This document shows, one piece after another, positions 54,043 through 62,142 of a stretch of DNA of 64,000 nt. Numbering within the stretch: the stretch's first letter is position 1; each line of letters begins with the position of its first letter. The notes under the pieces are model-generated. The model was given only the letters and a program-made list of their open reading frames with translations. It was not told the origin of the DNA and searched no databases. Where the stretch lies: contig JAAYCA010000060.1 in assembly GCA_012744435.1 (NCBI GenBank), forward strand, positions 4,067 through 68,066. Reading direction: 5' to 3'. The stretch is from Bacteroidales bacterium (lineage in GTDB: Bacteria; Bacteroidota; Bacteroidia; Bacteroidales; UBA932). The translations under genes and the position numbers were made by a program.

Positions 54043-55392
54043 ATGGCGGCGAAGAAAGGTAAAATACTGGTCGTGGACGACAATGCGGGCATCCGCAGCG
54101 CGCTGAAGATCCTGCTTCCGATGTACTTCGAGGAAGTGGAGGCAATTCCCTCGCCGGCCACGCTCGTGAGTACGCTGGAGCGTTTCCGCCCGGACGTGGT
54201 ATTGCTGGATATGAATTTCAACACCAGCATCAACACCGGCAACGAGGGCCTTTACTGGACCGGGGAAATCAAGCAGATGGCTCCGGAGGTGGAGGTGGTG
54301 CTCTTCACCGCCTATGCCGATATCGCCCTCGCCGTTGAAGGAATGAAGCGCGGGGCCTTCGACTTCATCGTGAAGCCCTGGGACAACGAGAAGCTCGCCG
54401 CTACGCTCACCGCAGCGAGGGACAAGGCCCGCAAGGCCCTGAAGAGGGATACATCCTCGAAGGAGGAACCCCGGCCGGAGTCCCTGTTCTGGGGCACCAG
54501 CCCCGCCATGACGGCCATCCGAAAGACCTTCGACAAGATCGCTCCCACGGACGCCACCGTTCTCATCACCGGCGAGAACGGGACCGGCAAGGATGTCCTC
54601 GCCCGGGAGATCCATGGCCGCAGTCTCCGCAGCGAAAAGCCGATGGTGGCCGTGGACGCCGGCGCCATCACCGAGACCCTGTTTGAGAGCGAACTCTTCG
54701 GCCATGTCAAAGGCGCCTTCACCGATGCCTATGCCGACCACGCCGGCAAGTTCGAGCAGGCCGACGGCGGGACGCTATTCCTGGATGAGATCGGCAACAT
54801 CCCGCTCCACCTGCAGGCCAAACTCCTGCGCGCCATCCAGAGCCGCAGCATCATCCGCGTGGGCGGAACGGAGCCCCGTCCAGTGGACATCCGCCTCATC
54901 TGTGCCACCAATATGGACCTCGAGGCCCTGGTGCGCGAAGGGCGTTTCCGCGAGGATCTCTATTACCGGATCAATACCGTCCATATCGCCCTGCCGCCGC
55001 TGCGGGAGAGGCTGGAGGACATCGGCCCGCTGGCGGAGATGTTCCTGAAGAACTTCGCCGACAAGTACCATCGTCCGCTCGAGGGGCTGGACGCATCTGC
55101 CCGGGAGGCCTTGGCAGCCCACCGCTGGAGCGGCAATATCCGTGAGCTGCAGAACAGCATCGAGAAGGCGGTGATTCTGTCGGAGGGGAAGACCCTCACG
55201 GCACGGGACCTGCAATTGGAACAGACTCATAAGCCTTCGGGCACCACCTTCCGCGAAGTCAGCGATGCGGAAGAGGAACGGCTGGTGAAGGACGCGGTGG
55301 AACGCACCGGAGGAAACATCTCGGCGGCCGCCAAGATGCTGGGCGTCAGCCGTCCAACCCTATACGCGAAGCTTAAGAAATACGGCCTGTGA
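54043..55392 (+). CDS. Sigma54-dependent response regulator (NtrC family: REC + AAA+ + Fis-type HTH)
   Basis: 449 aa with the REC domain (ILVVDDN..DVVLLDMNF), Walker A GENGTGKD, the GAFTDA loop, ESELFGH, and a C-terminal HTH (GNISAAAKMLGVSRPTLYAKLKKYGL). Confidence 0.92.
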   Translation: MAAKKGKILVVDDNAGIRSALKILLPMYFEEVEAIPSPATLVSTLERFRPDVVLLDMNFNTSINTGNEGLYWTGEIKQMAPEVEVVLFTAYADIALAVEGMKRGAFDFIVKPWDNEKLAATLTAARDKARKALKRDTSSKEEPRPESLFWGTSPAMTAIRKTFDKIAPTDATVLITGENGTGKDVLAREIHGRSLRSEKPMVAVDAGAITETLFESELFGHVKGAFTDAYADHAGKFEQADGGTLFLDEIGNIPLHLQAKLLRAIQSRSIIRVGGTEPRPVDIRLICATNMDLEALVREGRFREDLYYRINTVHIALPPLRERLEDIGPLAEMFLKNFADKYHRPLEGLDASAREALAAHRWSGNIRELQNSIEKAVILSEGKTLTARDLQLEQTHKPSGTTFREVSDAEEERLVKDAVERTGGNISAAAKMLGVSRPTLYAKLKKYGL

Positions 55393-56270
55393 CCTTCACC
55401 GTCTGGCATATCATCGGAGCGTGTGTCATCGTCGCGGTTGCCGTGGCGGTAATTGCCGTTATCCGGACCCGTCAGAAGGACATCAAGAAGGTTGCCTATA
55501 TGATGGACGCCCTGGAGGACGGCGAGTTGAACTTCCGCTTCCAGGACAGGAACAAGTTCAACCGGACACTGAACCGCATCCGCACCATCTTCGAGCGCCA
55601 GCGCCAGCAGCACGAGCAGGACTCCTGGACCAAGCTCATCCGCGTGCTCACCCATGAGATCATGAACACGGTCTCGCCCATCGCTTCACTGTCCGACGCC
55701 CTAGCGAAGTCTGTCGATGAAGACGGTCACAGTGAGCTGGACGTCAAGGCCGGTCTGGAGACCATCTCCGACAGCTCCAAGAACCTGATTGAATTTGTGC
55801 AAACGTACCGACAACTTTCCGGTGTGGCCAAGCCGGTCCGCAAAGCACTTGCATTGCAGGAACTTATGGACAGCGTCATCGGCCTGAACAGCGAGTTCAT
55901 CACGAGCTCCGGCGCCGACTGCACCTTCACCCCGGCGGAGCCGGATCTCATGATCTTTGCTGACGAAGGGCAGATCTCCCAGATCCTGATCAAACTCATC
56001 AAAAACGCCCTGCAGGCCCAAGCGAAGCATATCGACATCTCCGCCCGGATGGGAAAGGAGGAGGATGTCATCATCGAGCTAGCCAACGACGGCGAGCCCA
56101 TTCCGGTCTCCGCCCAAGAGCAGATATTCATTCCCTTCTATACCACCAAGAAGGAAGGCTCCGGCATCGGCCTGAGTATCTCCCGCCAGATCATGCGCAA
56201 TCACAACGGCAGCATCGAGCTCCTCTGCAGTGATGACCGGAAGACCGTTTTTGAGCTGAGATTCCGGTAG
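55389..56270 (+). CDS. Histidine kinase with a single N-terminal TM segment and no extracytoplasmic sensor domain
   Basis: 293 aa. The GTG start overlaps the response-regulator stop. It has one TM segment (WHIIGACVIVAVAVAVIAVI), an H-box (LIRVLTHEIMNTVSPI) and HATPase N/G boxes (LIKNALQA, GSGIGLSISRQIM). Confidence 0.85.
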   Translation: MTFTVWHIIGACVIVAVAVAVIAVIRTRQKDIKKVAYMMDALEDGELNFRFQDRNKFNRTLNRIRTIFERQRQQHEQDSWTKLIRVLTHEIMNTVSPIASLSDALAKSVDEDGHSELDVKAGLETISDSSKNLIEFVQTYRQLSGVAKPVRKALALQELMDSVIGLNSEFITSSGADCTFTPAEPDLMIFADEGQISQILIKLIKNALQAQAKHIDISARMGKEEDVIIELANDGEPIPVSAQEQIFIPFYTTKKEGSGIGLSISRQIMRNHNGSIELLCSDDRKTVFELRFR

Positions 56271-56276
56271 ATAATC

Positions 56277-56324
56277 TGTAAAGTGTAAAGCCGAAAGTGT
56301 AAAGTGTGTTGTAAACTTTACACT
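56277..56324. promoter_or_regulatory. Candidate enhancer (UAS) for the NtrC-type activator: repeated AGTGTAAAG units
   Basis: TGTAAAG occurs at 56277, 56284 and 56298. AGTGTAAAG lies at 56282-56290 and 56296-56304, and its inverted copy CTTTACACT at 56316-56324. The centre is about 80 bp upstream of the -24 element. Confidence 0.5.
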
Positions 56325-56378
56325 ATTTTTGTTTTCGGTAAAACTGTCCTAAACTGATAATCAAGTATTTATATTGTT

Positions 56379-56394
56379 TGGCACGGTGAGTGCT
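56379..56394 (+). promoter_or_regulatory. Sigma54 (-24/-12) promoter for efflux operon 2
   Basis: TGGCACGgtgagTGCt compares with the consensus TGGCACG-N4-TTGCW. It ends 28 nt before the ATG at 56422. Confidence 0.7.
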
Positions 56395-56421
56395 CCGTGG
56401 CATTCCGATTAAACAATAAAC

Positions 56422-57759
56422 ATGGTTATCAATTCTTTATCTAAAATTTCAGTTGTGCTGCTGGGACTCGCTGTGACGGCGAGTGCCAGTGGCCAGACTG
56501 CTTCGATGAGCTTGAAAGATTGCATGATATATGCGATCTCCAATTCCACGAAGGTCCGTATCCAGCAGGCGGCCATCGGCGATGCACAGATCGACAGGCG
56601 CGACGCCGCCCTGGCGCTGTTCACCCCTCAGATCAATGCGCAGACCTATGCCTACTACAACTTCGGCCGCAGCATCGACCCGCAGACGAACACGTATTTC
56701 AATACGACCTCCTTCCACAACAACTACGGCGTGAGCGCCGGTCTCGACCTCTTTGACGGTTTCAAGGCAGTAAACAACTACCGCATCTCCAAGACCGGGA
56801 TGCAGATTGCCGCTTCGCAGGAAGAGCAGGTGGAAGCCGATATCTGCCTGGCGGTGATGGAAGCCTACTACAACGTGGTCTATTACAAGCGCCTCTCCGA
56901 TGTCTATGGGGAGCAGGCGGCCGTTGCGGAGCAGGCCCTCGCCAAAGCCAGGAGACAGGAGGAACTGGGCCAGAAGGGCCATGCCGACGTTGTCCAGATG
57001 GAAGCCGACCTGGCCGACCGCCAATATGACCTCACGAACACATACAACATGTACGAGAGCCAGAGGATGACCCTCGCAGACCTGATGTTCTGGCCGGTGG
57101 ACGAGGAACTGGTCATCGATACCTCGATGCCCCTCTGGCAGGTGGAGCCTGTCTCCACAGAGGCCGTGGTTGACTTCGCCCTCGAGCATAATCCGACAGT
57201 CCAGATCGCCTCCATGCAGCAACTCAACGCCCGGCGGGAACTCAATACCGCCAAGTGGCAGGTCCTTCCCACCGTGGGCCTCTACGCCGGCTGGAGCACG
57301 AGCTACTACACCTATCAGGGTTCTCAGACAGCGGTCTTCCAAGATCAGTTCAAGAACAACAGCGGTGAATATGTCCAACTTTCCATCTCCATTCCAATCT
57401 GGAACCGTCTGGGCAAGTCCTCCCGGATTGCGAAGAAGCGCCATGCCTACGAGAAGGCAACGGCCGAACTGGACCAGAAGCGCCGCGATGTGGAGAGCGA
57501 AGTCCGGCGGGCCGTCCAGGACCGCGACGGCAGCGCCACCGCCTGGCAGCAGGCCCGGCGCAAGGCCGAAGTCCAGGCCGAGGCTTACCAACTGAACCTC
57601 AAGAAACTCGAGCAGGGGCTCATCTCCCCGCTGGAGTTCCAGACGGCCAATAACAATTATCTCAAGGCGCAGGCCGACGAGATGAACAGCCTGTTCAAGT
57701 ACCTCATCAAGCAGGCCGTGGTGAAATATTACAATGGGATCGATTATATAGAACAGTAA
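56422..57759 (+). CDS. TolC-family outer membrane efflux protein (efflux operon 2)
   Basis: 445 aa with a signal peptide (LLGLAVTASASGQ) and duplicated coiled-coil/barrel halves. Confidence 0.9.
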   Translation: MVINSLSKISVVLLGLAVTASASGQTASMSLKDCMIYAISNSTKVRIQQAAIGDAQIDRRDAALALFTPQINAQTYAYYNFGRSIDPQTNTYFNTTSFHNNYGVSAGLDLFDGFKAVNNYRISKTGMQIAASQEEQVEADICLAVMEAYYNVVYYKRLSDVYGEQAAVAEQALAKARRQEELGQKGHADVVQMEADLADRQYDLTNTYNMYESQRMTLADLMFWPVDEELVIDTSMPLWQVEPVSTEAVVDFALEHNPTVQIASMQQLNARRELNTAKWQVLPTVGLYAGWSTSYYTYQGSQTAVFQDQFKNNSGEYVQLSISIPIWNRLGKSSRIAKKRHAYEKATAELDQKRRDVESEVRRAVQDRDGSATAWQQARRKAEVQAEAYQLNLKKLEQGLISPLEFQTANNNYLKAQADEMNSLFKYLIKQAVVKYYNGIDYIEQ

Positions 57760-57763
57760 CGAT

Positions 57764-59020
57764 ATGGACAAGATCATAGAAAAGAAGACAGGATGGCGCG
57801 TGGCGTTCACGAAGAAGGCTCTGCCCTGGTGGCTGGGAGCGCTGCTGGCGGTATTCATCATCTACCTGATCGCCCGCCCCAACGAGAAGACGCTGCGGGT
57901 GGACCGGGACAGCGTGACCGTCTCGAACGCCGAGCGGGGAGAGTTCAACGACTACATCCGCATCAGCGGCCGCGTGCAGCCGATGACGACAATCCAGCTC
58001 AGTCCGCAGGAGGGCGGCATCGTCCAGCAGATCCTCATCGAGGAAGGCTCCCGCGTGAAGGCCGGCGACCCCATCCTGGTCCTGTCGAACGACAACCTGG
58101 ACCTTTCCATATTGAATTCCGAGGCCGAACTGGCCGAGAAAGAGAACATCCTCCGGAACACCCAGATCCAGATGGAGCAGCAGAAACTGGACGTCCGCCA
58201 GAATGTGCTGGAGTACGGCACGCAGGTGGAGCGCCTGAAGCGAGCCTACGAGCAGCAGAAGGCGCTCTATGAGGACAAGCTCATCGCAAAGGAGGACTAC
58301 CTGAAGGCCGAGGAGGACTACAGGCTCGCCCAGCAGAAATACGAGCTCATCCGCGAGCGCTCCAAGCAGGACAGCCTTTACCGCGGCACGCAGATTGACC
58401 GGATGGAGGAGTCCCTGGAGAACATGCTCCTGAATATGTCGATGATCCGCCGCCGCAAGGACAACCTCATCGTCAAGGCCCCCATCGACGGGGAACTGGG
58501 CCTGCTGGACGTGGTCCTGGGTCAGAGCATCGCTTCCGGCACCAAGATCGGCCAGATCAATTCCGTGGGGACCTACAAGGTGGAAGCCCAGATCGATGAG
58601 CATTACATCGACCGCGTCGTGGATGGTCTCGAGGCCACCTTCGAGCGCCAGGGCGACACCTATTCGACCCTCATCCGCAAGGTCTATCCGGAAGTCCGCG
58701 ACGGCAAGTTCAAGGCTGATTTCAAGTTCGACGGCGAGCAGCCGGACAACATCCGCGCCGGCCAGACCTACTACCTGAACCTCCAACTGGGCCAGCCCGA
58801 AGAAGCCGTCATCATCCCCCGCGGCACCTTCTACCAGAAAACCGGCGGAAAATGGATCTACGTCGTTAACAAAGAGGGCAACAAGGCCGTCAAAAGAGAG
58901 ATACGCATCGGCCGCCAGAACCCGCAGTACTACGAAGTGCTGGAAGGCCTGGAGCCCGGCGAAAGGGTGATAACCTCCGGATATGATACATATGGTGATT
59001 CAGATGTATTGGTGTTTTAA
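57764..59020 (+). CDS. HlyD-family efflux periplasmic adaptor
   Basis: 418 aa with an N-terminal TM anchor, a lipoyl-like motif (VKAGDPILVL), a long coiled coil and a beta-barrel C-terminus. Confidence 0.9.
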   Translation: MDKIIEKKTGWRVAFTKKALPWWLGALLAVFIIYLIARPNEKTLRVDRDSVTVSNAERGEFNDYIRISGRVQPMTTIQLSPQEGGIVQQILIEEGSRVKAGDPILVLSNDNLDLSILNSEAELAEKENILRNTQIQMEQQKLDVRQNVLEYGTQVERLKRAYEQQKALYEDKLIAKEDYLKAEEDYRLAQQKYELIRERSKQDSLYRGTQIDRMEESLENMLLNMSMIRRRKDNLIVKAPIDGELGLLDVVLGQSIASGTKIGQINSVGTYKVEAQIDEHYIDRVVDGLEATFERQGDTYSTLIRKVYPEVRDGKFKADFKFDGEQPDNIRAGQTYYLNLQLGQPEEAVIIPRGTFYQKTGGKWIYVVNKEGNKAVKREIRIGRQNPQYYEVLEGLEPGERVITSGYDTYGDSDVLVF

Positions 59021-59023
59021 GTC

Positions 59024-61342
59024 ATGAAGAGTTTTTGGAACTTCCTTAAGAAGAACAAGTTATACGGGGCTATCAACCTGGTGGGCCTGACGGTATCGAT
59101 GGCCTTTGTCCTCCTGTTGGCGGTATATATACAGCGGCAGTTGTCCACGGATTCTTTCCAAGAGAATGCCGACAGGGTTTTTGTCATAGGCAATGACGAC
59201 AGGGTTACGATGGGCTATTGGCTGGACAAGCATCTGAAGAACAACTTCCCGGAAATTGAGAAGGGTTGCTGCGTGGCCAACGTGGCTTCGGCTGATGCTT
59301 TTACCATTGGAGGAGAGCTGGTATATGGCAGCACGATGGCTGCGGACAGCACCTTCTTTGAGATGTTCAGCTATGACCTGGTGGAAGGCAACAAGGCCGA
59401 CTGGCGTGTGTCCTGGGACCGCTGTATGGTGAGCCGGGAGTTCGCCAATGTCCATTTCGGGGATAAAGATCCGATTGGTCAGGTGGTTACATACAATAAT
59501 GGAAACTATCAGCTCACCGTTTGCGGTATCTATGAAGATTTCGGAAACTCCATCTTGAAAGCTCCGGATGTCCTGCTGCGGGGAGAGATAATGACAAAGA
59601 TCAATTCCGCGAATAATGAAGAAATGAGCAATGCTGGCAGTGGTATCTGCTTTGTGATGGCTTATCCGGGTGCCGACCTGCAGGCCAGGCAGAGCGACAT
59701 CCTGGATTGGTGTGAAGAGAATTTCTGGGTGTACAAAAGCCAGTACGACAAGGTCAGGATTATTCCGCTCAGGGATATGTATTTTCTCGAAGAAGGGACC
59801 CGGGACGGAACGGAGACTATCCAGTTTGGTAACCGCAGCTTCGTAAACCTGCTGCTGGCCATGTGCATCCTGCTCCTTGCGTTTGCCGTGCTGAACTATA
59901 TCAACATGACCACAGCCCTGACGGGCTTCCGGGCCAAGGAAATGGCCACCCGGCGCCTGGTTGGTGCAGATAAACGAAGCATCTTCTTCAAAGTGATTTC
60001 CGAGAGCACCTTCGTCTGCGGCATCTCGATGCTGCTGGCCATCTTGCTGGCCGAAGCGCTTTCTCCGCTTGCATCGCAGATCCTGAAGTACCAGGTTTCC
60101 ATCTTCAAGGCGGTTACGCCCGTCAATGTGCTGCTGGTGCTGGGCTTTATCGCCCTGCTGGGCGTCCTGTCCGGCATCGTCCCGGCCCTGCTGATCCAGC
60201 AGGCACAGCCCATCGAGATTGTGCGCGGCACGCTCCGGCTCAAGACCAAGACGGTCTATAGCAAAGTCATCATCATCGTGCAGAATGTGGTGGCAGTCGT
60301 GATGCTGGTAAGCGCCCTCACGATGGGCCTCCAGATCCGGCATATGATTTCGGCCGACCTGGGCTATAACACCAAGGACATCCTCGTGGTCGATAATGCC
60401 TTTGGCCAGACCGGGCAGATCCGGCCGCTGCTGGACCGCCTTCGTGCTGAGCCCTGTGTGGAAGAAGTGGGGCAAGGTGATGGTATTCCGCTGGGCGGAA
60501 CGAACAACTGGACGATGGAAATGCCTGACGGTCACTGGGTGTCCTTCCAACAAATCCAGGGCGATGACAAATACTTCGACATCCTTGGTCTGAAAGTGAA
60601 GCAGGACAACCATCAGCGTGCCTGGTGGCTCAATGAATACGCCTTCAAGCAGATTGGCATCGAGGAAACGGCGACGGAATTCCAATCGGCCAAAAATGGT
60701 ACGCGCCAGATTGGGGGCATCTATTACGATTTCAAGATCCGCCCTTTGGAGGAAGACCAAAGCGCGGCCATGATTTACAACCGCGGAGAGAATCCCGATG
60801 ACGATTATCCCTGGATACTGCTGGTGAAGACCACCGGCGACCAGACTGCCGCGAAAAAGCAGGTGGAAGCCGCCTGCAAGGAAGTCTTCCCGGACCGGCT
60901 TTTCGAAGCCCAGTATATCGAGGAAATGATCGAGGACGGCTTTGCCGATGAAAGCCGGGTGCTGAACATCGTGCTCATCTTCACGCTGTTGTCCATCCTC
61001 GTGAGCGCCTTGGGCCTTTTCGCCATGAGCTCCTACTACATGCAGCAGGAAATCCGCAGCGTGTCAGTGAAGAAAGTCTTCGGGGCCGATTATTCCGGCG
61101 TATTGAAGGAACTGGTGCTGTCATTCATGAAGATGGTGGGAATCGCCTTCGTCATAGGTGTGCCGATTGCCTGGTTCATCATGAGCCGCTGGCTCTCCGG
61201 CTACGGACACCGCATTGACCTCCACTGGTGGATATTTGCCCTCGCCGGACTGGCTGTCGCCTTTATTGCAGCAATAAGTGTGCTCTACCAGAGCATCAAG
61301 ACCGCCCGTACGAATCCGGCCGAGGCGTTGAAGAAAGAGTAG
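59024..61342 (+). CDS. ABC transporter permease, duplicated FtsX/MacB type
   Basis: 772 aa with two MacB-periplasmic-domain + FtsX modules (FRAKEMATRRLVGADKRSIF and QQEIRSVSVKKVFGADYSGV). Confidence 0.9.
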   Translation: MKSFWNFLKKNKLYGAINLVGLTVSMAFVLLLAVYIQRQLSTDSFQENADRVFVIGNDDRVTMGYWLDKHLKNNFPEIEKGCCVANVASADAFTIGGELVYGSTMAADSTFFEMFSYDLVEGNKADWRVSWDRCMVSREFANVHFGDKDPIGQVVTYNNGNYQLTVCGIYEDFGNSILKAPDVLLRGEIMTKINSANNEEMSNAGSGICFVMAYPGADLQARQSDILDWCEENFWVYKSQYDKVRIIPLRDMYFLEEGTRDGTETIQFGNRSFVNLLLAMCILLLAFAVLNYINMTTALTGFRAKEMATRRLVGADKRSIFFKVISESTFVCGISMLLAILLAEALSPLASQILKYQVSIFKAVTPVNVLLVLGFIALLGVLSGIVPALLIQQAQPIEIVRGTLRLKTKTVYSKVIIIVQNVVAVVMLVSALTMGLQIRHMISADLGYNTKDILVVDNAFGQTGQIRPLLDRLRAEPCVEEVGQGDGIPLGGTNNWTMEMPDGHWVSFQQIQGDDKYFDILGLKVKQDNHQRAWWLNEYAFKQIGIEETATEFQSAKNGTRQIGGIYYDFKIRPLEEDQSAAMIYNRGENPDDDYPWILLVKTTGDQTAAKKQVEAACKEVFPDRLFEAQYIEEMIEDGFADESRVLNIVLIFTLLSILVSALGLFAMSSYYMQQEIRSVSVKKVFGADYSGVLKELVLSFMKMVGIAFVIGVPIAWFIMSRWLSGYGHRIDLHWWIFALAGLAVAFIAAISVLYQSIKTARTNPAEALKKE

Positions 61343-61368
61343 AATAAATAATTTAAAGACAATACATT

Positions 61369-62049
<681 letters not shown>

Positions 62050-62051
62050 GT

Positions 62052-62138
62052 GTTCCCTCCGGTCCATCTTCTGGACCGGAGGGAACGAAAACAGGGGTAA
62101 AATGCTCCTTCCGGTCCATCCGTTGGACCGGAGGAAAC
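62052..62138 (+). repeat. Two tandem related hairpins in the intra-operon spacer
   Basis: Hairpin 1 is gttccctccggtcca-tcttc-tggaccggagggaac (62052-62086, a perfect 15-bp stem). Hairpin 2 is ..tccggtcca-tccgt-tggaccgga.. (about 62105-62138, a 9-bp perfect core plus an imperfect extension). They share the core TCCGGTCCA/TGGACCGGA. Confidence 0.6.
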
Positions 62139-62142
62139 ACAG

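Noticed and set aside
56277-56324. Short tandem TGTAAAG/AGTGTAAAG repeats considered as a possible mini CRISPR or satellite
   Set aside because: The units are only 7-9 nt. They occur in both direct and inverted orientation, with no spacer structure. They sit about 80 bp upstream of a sigma54 promoter. An enhancer site for the adjacent NtrC-type regulator explains them better.
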